Origin: a virus
Direction: 5' to 3' (one strand)
Virus record (IMG/VR): IMGVR_UViG_3300000271_000006
Span: 1-64,000 of that record
Length of the DNA stretch: 64,000 nucleotides
Shown here piece by piece: positions 13,739-21,365 of this stretch. A model generated the notes under the pieces. The model was not told where the DNA came from, searched no databases, and worked only from the letters and a program-made list of their open reading frames with translations. The number at the start of each line of letters is the position of its first letter. Within the stretch, counting starts at the first letter, position 1. A program made the position numbers and the translations under genes.

Positions 13739-14051
13739 CTACACGCAGACGTTGCAGTCGCTCGATTTCCGCGACGATCAGAGCGCCCGCCTTCTCCAGA
13801 TTGCGGATCGGGTCGTCACTCGGCTTCCACCACGCATCGGCCCACGGCCAGACGCGCACCTTGTGCGTGACGTTGGGGCGCTTTCCATCGATCACATGTG
13901 GGTTGTCGAAGCCGCAAGCGGCGAGCGCGTAGATTGCGGCAGCCCCGGCCATTTCACCGAGCTTGTGGTTGTCGTCGTGAGAGGGCGTCCAGCCCTTCAC
14001 GGAGATTTGCCGCGCGCGTTCGGCGGCGATTAGTTCGAGTGCGTTTTTCAT
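13722..14051 (-). CDS. hypothetical protein (accessory ORF)
   Basis: ORF track 13722..14069. ATG 14051 gives MKNALELIAAERARQISVKGWTPSHDDNHKLGEMAGAAAIYA... It starts 10 nt after repeat 14062..14163. Confidence 0.65.
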   Translation of the reverse strand: MKNALELIAAERARQISVKGWTPSHDDNHKLGEMAGAAAIYALAACGFDNPHVIDGKRPNVTHKVRVWPWADAWWKPSDDPIRNLEKAGALIVAEIERLQRLRVDNIQG

Positions 14052-14061
14052 ACAAAAGAAA

Positions 14062-14163
14062 GATAACAAATTACTAGAGCGAACCCGGTTGACTGTTGCA
14101 GTTTGCGCTAGGCACGGCCACGGGCGCTCGATTCTGGCCGGGTTCGCTCAGTATGGTGTTCGG
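14062..14163 (-). repeat. attC-like structured inverted repeat (copy 7)
   Basis: CCGAAC-n8-GAGCGAACCCGG-[49-nt loop with the stop of 14108..14464]-CCGGGTTCGCTC-TAGTAATTT-GTTATC. Perfect 12-bp stem. Confidence 0.7.
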
Positions 14164-14464
14164 CCGAGGTGTCCGGCTTCTTGAGTTCCCAGTAGTAGCA
14201 AGCGCCGTGGGTGTTGAGGTTTTCGAGTGCGGCTGCGTAGAGAGGCGCGACATGTTTGCGCACGGCTTCGAGGATCGGCTCCCTGGCGTCAGCCTCGATC
14301 TCGTATTGCTCTTTGGCCACGTAGCCTTTTCGCGGCATGAAGTTGTCGGCGGTCCATCGCCACTTCGGAGATTCCTCGTCGGGTTCAGTGAGGAAGCTGT
14401 TCACCGGGATGTTTGCATCATCGGCGCCGGCGATTTCGATTGTGCCTTTGTCTTCGTAGTTCAT
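14108..14464 (-). CDS. hypothetical protein (accessory ORF)
   Basis: ORF track, 118 aa. It starts 28 nt after GTTAGGC of repeat 14493..14583, and its stop lies in the loop of repeat 14062..14163. Confidence 0.6.
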   Translation of the reverse strand: MNYEDKGTIEIAGADDANIPVNSFLTEPDEESPKWRWTADNFMPRKGYVAKEQYEIEADAREPILEAVRKHVAPLYAAALENLNTHGACYYWELKKPDTSAEHHTERTRPESSARGRA

Positions 14465-14492
14465 TTGGATTTCGTGAGGTTCTTTTTCGGAG

Positions 14493-14583
14493 GCCTAACC
14501 AGGCGAGACACCCAATTCGCATAGCTCACCGGTCCGGCGAGCTAGCATCAGGGGCTGCGAATTGGGTGCTCTTGTTGTTAGGC
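14493..14583 (-). repeat. attC-like structured inverted repeat (copy 8, canonical core boxes)
   Basis: GCCTAAC-AACAAGA-GCACCCAATTCGC-[34 nt]-GCGAATTGGGTG-TCTCGCCTG-GTTAGGC. 12-bp perfect stem. The boxes fit RYYYAAC / GTTRRRY exactly. Confidence 0.8.
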
Positions 14584-14916
14584 AAGACGCAGTTCATCGG
14601 ACGCAATTTCGACGGCGCGGGGGCAGTCCGCGAAGTCCACGATTGCCTTTAGCGCCTGCCGTGCGCTCTCCAGCTTTGCGGCCATTTTCTGGCACTCCTC
14701 TATCGGGTCGCCGGGCGCGACCGGAGCTGGCACGTGAAGCTCGGCGGCATTGCAGCGGTTGATTACCTCCTGCATCATCGCTTTCGCGTGCTTGCTGTCG
14801 CAGTCGTCGGTATCGACCTCGATTCGCAGATCCTGCCAGCCATCGTTTTGCTCAGCGACCACGAAGGCGCGCTTACCGTCGCCCGATTTACCGTCCCATT
14901 TTAGTGTTACATTCAT
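14578..14916 (-). CDS. hypothetical protein (accessory ORF)
   Basis: ORF track, 112 aa. It starts 30 nt after GTTAGGC of repeat 14947..15002, and its TAA stop is inside GCCTAAC of repeat 14493..14583. Confidence 0.6.
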   Translation of the reverse strand: MNVTLKWDGKSGDGKRAFVVAEQNDGWQDLRIEVDTDDCDSKHAKAMMQEVINRCNAAELHVPAPVAPGDPIEECQKMAAKLESARQALKAIVDFADCPRAVEIASDELRLA

Positions 14917-14946
14917 TGTGTTTTCGTGAGGTTAAAATTCGCTCCA

Positions 14947-15002
14947 GCCTAACCAGCGCATGGAGCCAATTCGCTTCGCTCATGGCTCATGGCATTGTTC
15001 GC
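14947..15002 (-). repeat. attC-like structured inverted repeat (copy 9, short)
   Basis: GCGAAC-AATGCCAT-GAGCCA-[14 nt]-TGGCTC-CATGCGCTG-GTTAGGC. Near-identical twin at 37211..37265. Confidence 0.6.
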
Positions 15003-15188
15003 TTGTGTATGACGCTCAATCTTAGCGCGCGCAGACTCAAGATTGCGGATGGCCTCGTCAATCCAAGCCATGGATTCGTTCCATTGCCCATCTTTCCATT
15101 CCTCTTCGGCCATAAACACATCGGCTCGGGCTCCTCCGAGATTTAGGTAGGCGGATTCTATACATGGAATAGGTTCGTTCATCGGCAA
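14949..15188 (-). CDS. hypothetical protein (first early-left ORF)
   Basis: ORF track, 79 aa. The C-terminus is encoded by repeat 14947..15002. Confidence 0.55.
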   Translation of the reverse strand: MPMNEPIPCIESAYLNLGGARADVFMAEEEWKDGQWNESMAWIDEAIRNLESARAKIERHTQANNAMSHERSELAPCAG

Positions 15189-15295
15189 ATGGGGCTGTTG
15201 GGGTCACGCTTGGGAGGGGCGTTGCGGCGGTTGTGTTTTGCAAGCTGGGCAACCCGACCTCGGGGCTTTTCGTCTTCCTCTTCAATCCAATTACG

Positions 15296-15315
15296 AGCCC
15301 GGAGCCGGGCTTTTT
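15296..15315 (+). terminator. terminator-like hairpin plus T-run in the divergent control region
   Basis: AGCCCGGAGCCGGGCT followed by TTTTC. A weaker CCCGAcctCGGGG-CTTTT lies at 15253..15270. No plus-strand ORF lies upstream. Confidence 0.3.
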
Positions 15316-15442
15316 CAAGGTGCTTTCGGGATGGCGGTTTAATGCGCATATTTTGTGTATTTGTATAGGTGGGTTTCGTCTTTGTGCTCCGGCATCCCCA
15401 TTAAGAAAGAAAGAATTTCGCGAAGATTCAAGAAAAAAGGTG

Positions 15443-15471
15443 TTGACGGGGCAACTTTTCTTTGCATGATT
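15443..15471 (+). promoter_or_regulatory. sigma70-like promoter candidate (early-right)
   Basis: TTGACG-n15-TGCATGATT. It shares the TGCATnAT element with the candidates at 16354 and 40853. Confidence 0.3.
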
Positions 15472-15773
15472 CGTCTTCGTTAGGTCTGGCGATTGGTATT
15501 GGTTGATGCGTCTCTCGTTGTGGTTTGCCTCCGGTATATATCCCGCGCAAAGGACCACCTTGCAGGAAAGTAGGACTGGCGAGAGGGCGACCAAGGTTCT
15601 TTTTCACGGTCGGCGGCTGAAAGAATGCCGAGGTATCCCGGCCACCAGTTTCCGGTAGATCATTGAGGGGGCTTGCCCAATGGGCGGCTAGCGACCTGAG
15701 TCTTCCGGACCAATTCGGCCCGGCGGCAGGCAGTAGAGGGCGACGAACACCTCATTAAAAAACGGCTATCGAC

Positions 15774-16148
15774 ATGCCGCCGGGCCACCATTTCAAGCAT
15801 AGCCGTAGAATCTCTTTTAAGGCTTGCCAAGGGCGACGGAGGGGTAGATACTACCCTCCGTCAAGAAAATCTCTTAAAACCCAAGCAAATGCCCTGTGCA
15901 ACCAAATCCAGCTCCATGAGCTACCCCAAGAAGAAAAAGAAGAAGACCAAGAAGTGAGGGTGGCTGGCAAAGTCTTGGCTGTAATCGGCGGCATCTCCCT
16001 TGGTCTTTTGGCCATTGCGGGGGTTCGCGGATACTACGAAGCCCGTCTTCAGCAGGAGAGGGTAATCGGCCACGCCACCGGCTTCCTTGAGGGCTTTGCC
16101 TTGGGGATTCAGATCAAGGAATCAACTGACAAAAACAAGCGGCTATGA
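15774..16148 (+). CDS. possible small membrane protein (start uncertain)
   Basis: ORF track, 124 aa. Only the C-terminal ~64 aa (from GTG 15955: RVAGKVLAVIGGISLGLLAIAGV...) look protein-like. Confidence 0.3.
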   Translation: MPPGHHFKHSRRISFKACQGRRRGRYYPPSRKSLKTQANALCNQIQLHELPQEEKEEDQEVRVAGKVLAVIGGISLGLLAIAGVRGYYEARLQQERVIGHATGFLEGFALGIQIKESTDKNKRL

Positions 16149-16324
16149 AGGGCAGGAACCGAAAGAACGTGAATTGGGTATCCCCCTTCCATTGGAAGGA
16201 TGCGCTGGGCATGGAGCGGGACCGCAAGGGAAACCTGATCGTTGATACCCGCCCCAACTGCATGAGGCCGGAGCGCCCCAAGATTGATATGAGCTTGGGG
16301 TTCGCGCAGGCGGCTAAGGGTTAG
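16145..16324 (+). CDS. hypothetical protein (59 aa)
   Basis: Own translation: MKGRNRKNVNWVSPFHWKDALGMERDRKGNLIVDTRPNCMRPERPKIDMSLGFAQAAKG. ATGA overlap with 15774..16148. Confidence 0.4.
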   Translation: MKGRNRKNVNWVSPFHWKDALGMERDRKGNLIVDTRPNCMRPERPKIDMSLGFAQAAKG

Positions 16325-16353
16325 GTTAAGTTTTCGACAACACCACTTAGGTA

Positions 16354-16383
16354 TTGACCTAGGTGGGGAGGTTGGTGCATTAT
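16354..16383 (+). promoter_or_regulatory. sigma70-like promoter candidate for the initiator gene
   Basis: TTGACC-n18-CATTAT with an upstream TG (gTGCATTAT), embedded in the near-palindrome CACTTAGGTattgACCTAGGTG. Confidence 0.35.
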
Positions 16384-16451
16384 TTGCACATCGGCGAGAC
16401 TATCGCCAAGGGAGTGAAGCCCCTTTCCATGACAAAATCATCTCACAATTT

Positions 16452-16528
16452 CCCCCCCCAGTTTGGCGCGAGCGGCTGTCATGGGCCAATCTTCACCTCG
16501 TTCCGGCTGGGGGGGGCTCTTTTTTTTT
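16452..16528 (+). terminator. leader hairpin C8...G8 followed by T9, ending at the initiator ATG
   Basis: CCCCCCCC (16452..16459), 49 nt, GGGGGGGG (16509..16516), CTC, then TTTTTTTTT (16520..16528), then ATG 16529. Confidence 0.45.
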
Positions 16529-17017
16529 ATGGCCGCGTTTAAGGGAGTTTGGATTGCGGCGGCGCTCTTCAAGGACAAGAGGCTGACGGACAAGGACCGA
16601 CTACTCTATTCCTACATGACCTCGTTTCCGTCCGGTGACTTCTTTGCGTCCGACAGTCATATCGCAGAAACCCTTGGTTGGCCGCATAAGACTGTGCGTA
16701 ACGTGATGTCCCGTTTGCGTAAGCTGGGGTACGTTGAAGGCAGAAAGCCAATGTCCCGCCAGCGGGACAACGATACCCCTCAAATGTCCCGCTACAGGGA
16801 CAAATCATGTCCCGCTAGCGGGACGATAGATAAAAGAGTAGAAAAAAGAACAGAAGAGATTAAAGTTAATACTAAGCTTAATCTTAAGGGTAAGGTTGTT
16901 GATGATGATTTTGAGCCTTTCTTTGACGATCCGCCAGCAGACCGACCACCAACCCGCAGCGTAACCCCATCGGCGAACGCAAAGGAAGATGCCGTCGGAA
17001 TGCTTGGTCATTTTTGA
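16529..17017 (+). CDS. winged-HTH (HTH_36-like) DNA-binding protein, putative replication initiator
   Basis: ORF track 16463..17017. ATG 16529 preferred because it lies directly after the C8...G8-T9 hairpin. KDKRLTDKDRLLYSYMTSFPSGDFFASDSHIAETLGWPHKTVRNVMSRLRKLGYVEG fits the HTH_36 pattern. The gene contains three iterons plus an AT-rich tract, and has an acidic C-terminus. Confidence 0.6.
   Translation: MAAFKGVWIAAALFKDKRLTDKDRLLYSYMTSFPSGDFFASDSHIAETLGWPHKTVRNVMSRLRKLGYVEGRKPMSRQRDNDTPQMSRYRDKSCPASGTIDKRVEKRTEEIKVNTKLNLKGKVVDDDFEPFFDDPPADRPPTRSVTPSANAKEDAVGMLGHF
16751..16825. promoter_or_regulatory. putative replication origin iterons inside the initiator gene
   Basis: ATGTCCCGCCAGCGGGACA (16751), ATGTCCCGCTACAGGGACA (16784) and ATGTCCCGCTAGCGGGACG (16807). 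Each contains the dyad GTCCCGC-nn-GCGGGAC. A half-site lies at 16705, and an A/T-rich tract at 16826..16915 follows. Confidence 0.5.
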
Positions 17018-17099
17018 GTGGTTGTTGTCGAAAAAGGAATGCCGTCGGTAAACGAAAAGCCTTGACGTCCGCCGTAACCCTTGTTTTCACGTAGACCCA

Positions 17100-17390
17100 A
17101 TGACAACCGCTGAAGTCCGCTACATCAAAAAACGCGCAAGGGAGATGATTCCAAATGCAATCAGTATCAGCCACATCCTCCCAAGGGCTTACTGCGTTGC
17201 CAAGACGGCTGAATGGTGTGCCGTTTTCGCCGTTCCTACCCAAGACCGAGAGCCGCAGGTAAGATTTGATCCTTGGGCCGTCGTCCAAAACAAGTCTGCC
17301 GTCGGAGTAAAAACAGGCGACTGGCGTTCGCTGGCTTACATCGCCAGCAAAGACGGAACCGGCTCAATGTACGTGATTGATACCCAATGA
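17100..17390 (+). CDS. hypothetical protein
   Basis: ORF track, 96 aa. Confidence 0.55.
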   Translation: MTTAEVRYIKKRAREMIPNAISISHILPRAYCVAKTAEWCAVFAVPTQDREPQVRFDPWAVVQNKSAVGVKTGDWRSLAYIASKDGTGSMYVIDTQ

Positions 17391-17707
17391 GCCTTCCCGA
17401 CGAAATGGTGCGTGCGCAGGAACGAGCCTTCAGGCTAACGGCCAAAGATAGCGATTTAAAGCACCTTATCGGCCCAGACCACCTCAGATACCTCCTTGAG
17501 GTAGAAAACCCCTTAAAAGCCAAGGAAACGGCAAAGGACGCGAAATTACGGAAGGCCGTAAAGGAGTTCATTGACCTAATGGGCAGGGTTGAGGAGTCCG
17601 ACAGCGGAAAGGAGTTTCGGCCCAACCAAATCTCAAGCTGCCGAGCATTGGAAGGAGAACGCCTGCAAGCCCTGATGGATGAGATGGGCAAACTTGTTAA
17701 TGATTGA
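17387..17707 (+). CDS. hypothetical protein
   Basis: ORF track, 106 aa; ATGA overlap upstream. Confidence 0.55.
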   Translation: MSLPDEMVRAQERAFRLTAKDSDLKHLIGPDHLRYLLEVENPLKAKETAKDAKLRKAVKEFIDLMGRVEESDSGKEFRPNQISSCRALEGERLQALMDEMGKLVND

Positions 17708-18455
17708 CTTTAGTTCCTGTATCCAAGAAACTATTCAAAATGGCATCAGCCAAAAGGCCCAAAAACCAATTGAAATGAGCCGGGTTCTTGCTTTCTCTTG
17801 CACTCACTGCCCGGCGATCCATCCAAGATTCATTGACTTCTTGCTTTCGGTCAAGGAGAAGTATCGGTGCAATCGAGTTGTCCACCTTGGGGACTTGGTT
17901 GATTGGCACGCAATCAGTTTTCACGAAAAAGACCCATCAATGCCATCGGTCCACGATGAGTACCGGGCCGCAAAGAAGCAGGTTGAAAAGCTTCACAAGG
18001 CCTTCCCGAAGGCGGATTACCTGATAGGAAACCACTCTGACTTGCCTAACAGAAAGGCAATAACAGTTGGGTTAATGGAAGAGCAGCTGGTCCCGTTTGG
18101 CCAATTCTGGGGGCTGAAGGGGTGGGCAATCCACCCAAGGTTCAGCAAGTTATTCATAGACGGCGTGCAGTACCGCCACGGCGATTCCGGGAAGGGCGGA
18201 TCGGTAAATGCCGCCTACAACAACAGCCTCGCTGAGTTCTGCTCTGTCGTTCAGGGAGACAAGCATTCGCAGGGCGGAGTTGTTTACCATACCAATGAAA
18301 ACCATTGCGTCTTCGGAATGCAGGTTGGGTGCGGGGTCAAACCCAACCATCGGGCCATGAACTACGGCAAGAAGTACGCATCCCGCCCTATTCTAGGTTG
18401 CGGGGTGGTGATTGACGGCAAAGAGGCCTACTTTGAGCGAATGAATCTACGATGA
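17700..18455 (+). CDS. calcineurin-like metallophosphoesterase
   Basis: ORF track 17679..18455. HLGDLVDWH and IGNHSD motifs (GD / GNH). ATG 17700 chosen. Confidence 0.65.
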   Translation: MIDFSSCIQETIQNGISQKAQKPIEMSRVLAFSCTHCPAIHPRFIDFLLSVKEKYRCNRVVHLGDLVDWHAISFHEKDPSMPSVHDEYRAAKKQVEKLHKAFPKADYLIGNHSDLPNRKAITVGLMEEQLVPFGQFWGLKGWAIHPRFSKLFIDGVQYRHGDSGKGGSVNAAYNNSLAEFCSVVQGDKHSQGGVVYHTNENHCVFGMQVGCGVKPNHRAMNYGKKYASRPILGCGVVIDGKEAYFERMNLR

Positions 18456-18832
18456 AGCACTCAGCAGAACATAACCTAAGCAGGCGTATTGCCTGCAATA
18501 AGTACGAGAAGACCAAGAACGGGTTTATCATGCGGCTTTATCGCAACATGAAATCTCGAGTCACCGGCATCCAGTGGAGTAAGCACCATCTCTATGTCGG
18601 ATGCGAAATCCTTCCAAAAGAAGAATTTTACAAGTGGGCAAGCAGCAATTCCGAATTTCATCGACTGTTCGCTAACTACGAGGCAAATGGGTTTCCGCGC
18701 AAGCTCGCGTCAAGCGTTGATCGCATAGACAGCCGAAAGGGATACGAAATAAGCAACATGGAGTTTGTCACGATGTCCGAAAATTCCCGCCGCGGCTCTG
18801 TAAGTCAACACCGTCAACGCCGGGCGGCGTAA
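18452..18832 (+). CDS. HNH_3-like nuclease-fold protein (first His replaced: SVDRIDSRKGY...FVTMSEN)
   Basis: ORF track, 126 aa. The motif spacing resembles HNH_3 homing endonucleases. Its position upstream of the terminase is typical of packaging-associated HNH proteins. Confidence 0.45.
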   Translation: MKHSAEHNLSRRIACNKYEKTKNGFIMRLYRNMKSRVTGIQWSKHHLYVGCEILPKEEFYKWASSNSEFHRLFANYEANGFPRKLASSVDRIDSRKGYEISNMEFVTMSENSRRGSVSQHRQRRAA

Positions 18833-18877
18833 ATCGGCAATTTCCCTTACAAAGCCAGCGCGTTCAAAGATTTCTAA

Positions 18878-19345
18878 ATGGAGGAACCAAAAGACAGTCT
18901 TGCCCTAAGCCCGTCCGACCAGATCGGCAAATTGATCGGCAATTCTGCCGTCATTAAGGAGGACGATGGGGCCGAGATCGTAGTCCCCTTAGATACGAAA
19001 TCCGCCCTGACAGCGGACCGCATCTTGGCCGCGCAAGGCCGCCACCTACTTCAAGAAACGATCCGGCAATACCGAGCCGACGGCAACAAGCTCACCCCCG
19101 CAGAACTAAAGGCCGTAATGGACGGTATAGGGGCGCTGGCCAAGGCCTCCGGCCCCCTCTACAACCCAACAACGAAGGAGATTGAGGAGGATGAAGAAAA
19201 GAACGCACGCAGGCTCGGAAAGAGGTTGACAGGACTCAGCTTTGAGGCATTGACCAAGAAGGTCGAACCCGCCAACCCAAATGAGTCTGGACAAAGCCAT
19301 AGCCCACAAGAAGGAGAAGCGCAAGCCGTACAGGAAGGCAGCTAG
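18878..19345 (+). CDS. hypothetical protein, possible small terminase subunit (position only)
   Basis: ORF track, 155 aa, immediately upstream of the large terminase. No motif recognised. Confidence 0.4.
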   Translation: MEEPKDSLALSPSDQIGKLIGNSAVIKEDDGAEIVVPLDTKSALTADRILAAQGRHLLQETIRQYRADGNKLTPAELKAVMDGIGALAKASGPLYNPTTKEIEEDEEKNARRLGKRLTGLSFEALTKKVEPANPNESGQSHSPQEGEAQAVQEGS

Positions 19346-19445
19346 GTGGGACAAGTCTTGCCGAAACCACGGGTCATGCGGATACTGCCTGAGTAACCGG
19401 ACCCACAAGCACAAGCGCCATGATCCAATCTTATCAGACCTATAA
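19281..19445 (+). CDS. small basic Cys-rich protein (54 aa)
   Basis: Own translation: MSLDKAIAHKKEKRKPYRKAARWDKSCRNHGSCGYCLSNRTHKHKRHDPILSDL. It overlaps the end of 18878..19345 in another frame. Confidence 0.35.
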   Translation: MSLDKAIAHKKEKRKPYRKAARWDKSCRNHGSCGYCLSNRTHKHKRHDPILSDL

Positions 19446-19454
19446 GGAGTCCTA

Positions 19455-21365
19455 ATGGAGATCAAGGAAGCAGCCAAGATACGGGACTACATCGTCAAGG
19501 GCGAATGGGTGATGGCGGCAAACTTCACCCTAAGCCTCATGGGGAAGGACCCCATCGTTGAAACTAAGGATGATGCCTTGGTGGTTCTGCGCGGCCTGCT
19601 TCAGCACCTCCTTGACAGCGAACTTTATCTCCACGCCGGAACGCTTCTTTGGGGTCCGGAAATGTTTTGCGCGGAACCCAAGTTTGTTCAAGACGTCTTC
19701 CGCATCCTTCACTCCGAGGCAAAGATACTCATTCAGGGGGCCGCGTCAACGGGCAAGTCGTATAATGCAGGTGTTTGGATGTACCTTGATTGGAGGCGCG
19801 ACCCAGAATACACGTCAATCAAGTGCATTGGTACGTCAGAGGATCAGGTGCGAAAGCATGTATTTGCCCACTTGGTAAAGCTCCACAGGGCAGCATGTAT
19901 CCCCATGGAGGAGGAGGTCATTATCCGCGACTCGGATATGTGGCTCGGGGTCAAGGGGGCTGGATTCGAGTTTGGCATTACGTCAATCGCCTACAAGCAG
20001 TCACAGGAAACGTCGGGCGCGGTTAAGGGATACAAGTCCATGCCGGTCCGCACCCATCCCCACCCAAAGTTTGGGCTTTTTAGCCGCCTTCGCCTACTTG
20101 CTGACGAGGCTCAAAATATTCCCGGCGGCCCATTCCAAGACCTTAACTCATGGGTCAGTCAAATTGATGGAACTGAATTTGTTAAGATCGCGCTCGCGTA
20201 CAACCCCGAGGACGTAACGCGCACGGTTGTAACAATGGCCGAACCTGAACAGGGCTGGGGCATTGAAGACTTGGATAAGCTCTACGAGTGGAAGTCCAAA
20301 GCCGGTTGGAATGTGCTTAGGCTTGATGCCGCAAAGTCAGAAAACGTCATAGCCAAGCGCAAGATTTACCACGGCATTCAGTCCTATGAAGGCTTCATGG
20401 GATATATCCTTGCCGGCGGAGATACTTCGGCTTCGTATATGTGCTTTGGTCGAGGATTTCCGCCAACCAAGGGCGTCAGCAACACAATCATCCCCATGAG
20501 CTGGCCACAAGAAGCGCGTGGCGAAGCAATCTTCATCGGCGTCCCAGAGAACGTAGCCGCCGTTGACTTGGCATTCATGGGCATGGATAGCGCCCAAATG
20601 GCCGTTGGGCGATGGGGTCTCGCGTCCGGCTACCGCGTAGAAGCACCCAATACCCTAGAGGGATATAAGGTGGTGAACTTTACAAGCCGTCTCAATATCT
20701 CCAAAAAAGAACCCCGTCACGTCTTGCAGCTTGACCAAGTGATACCAATGGAAAAGCATGACGACACGGTAATGATGGCCGAAGAGATCATGGGCCGGTG
20801 CAACATGCTTGGCATCAAGCCAGAATGGGTTGGTGTGGATTGCACGGGAATCGGTCTCGGAACCCACTCTCACCTCAACAAAGTTTGGGGCGATGTTATG
20901 GGCATAGCTTGGAATACGATGGCGTCGGAAAAGAAGATTCTAGCCGAAGACAAGCAGAATGCCCGCGAGACGTGCGACGGAGTAATGAGCGAAATGTGGT
21001 ACGCGTTTCGGCGCTGGCTTGACCCGCGAGTCAAAGCGGTTCTAATAAACCCCATCATCCCGCAAACCCCGCTCAATAGCCAGCTAACCACCCGCCGCTA
21101 TAGCACCGGTAAAAACGGGATCAAGGTTGAGTCAAAGGAGCAATACAAGGCCCGCAACCAGCGATCGCCAGACGAGGCGGATTGCGCAATCATGCTTTGC
21201 CATGTGGTGCGGATGCGGGCGGAAGTAACCCCTGGGCTTGTCGAGGAAACCAAGCCCAGCCACAATACCGTACAAAGAGATGAAGGAACTGGCTTTACTC
21301 CCGTAACCAAGCGGGAATCAGTTGACGCAGAGGACTCAATCTGCAAGGATGGGGTTGATGGCTAA
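19455..21365 (+). CDS. terL: terminase large subunit
   Basis: ORF track, 636 aa. Walker A-like LIQGAASTGKSYNAG, Walker B-like LRLLADEAQNIP, and a C-terminal nuclease-like VDCTGIGLG. AAGGAG is 6 nt upstream of the ATG. Confidence 0.85.
   Translation: MEIKEAAKIRDYIVKGEWVMAANFTLSLMGKDPIVETKDDALVVLRGLLQHLLDSELYLHAGTLLWGPEMFCAEPKFVQDVFRILHSEAKILIQGAASTGKSYNAGVWMYLDWRRDPEYTSIKCIGTSEDQVRKHVFAHLVKLHRAACIPMEEEVIIRDSDMWLGVKGAGFEFGITSIAYKQSQETSGAVKGYKSMPVRTHPHPKFGLFSRLRLLADEAQNIPGGPFQDLNSWVSQIDGTEFVKIALAYNPEDVTRTVVTMAEPEQGWGIEDLDKLYEWKSKAGWNVLRLDAAKSENVIAKRKIYHGIQSYEGFMGYILAGGDTSASYMCFGRGFPPTKGVSNTIIPMSWPQEARGEAIFIGVPENVAAVDLAFMGMDSAQMAVGRWGLASGYRVEAPNTLEGYKVVNFTSRLNISKKEPRHVLQLDQVIPMEKHDDTVMMAEEIMGRCNMLGIKPEWVGVDCTGIGLGTHSHLNKVWGDVMGIAWNTMASEKKILAEDKQNARETCDGVMSEMWYAFRRWLDPRVKAVLINPIIPQTPLNSQLTTRRYSTGKNGIKVESKEQYKARNQRSPDEADCAIMLCHVVRMRAEVTPGLVEETKPSHNTVQRDEGTGFTPVTKRESVDAEDSICKDGVDG

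Noticed and set aside
15058-15594. 178-aa minus-strand ORF spanning the divergent control region
   Set aside because: It overlaps the well-supported ORF 14949..15188 in another frame. It crosses the hairpins and promoter-like elements, and its composition is low complexity.
16463-16528. Upstream extension of the initiator gene (TTG 16463) given in the ORF track
   Set aside because: The extension would translate the C8...G8-T9 hairpin as SPRSGWGGLFFF. ATG 16529 directly follows the T-run, and the HTH domain starts just after it.
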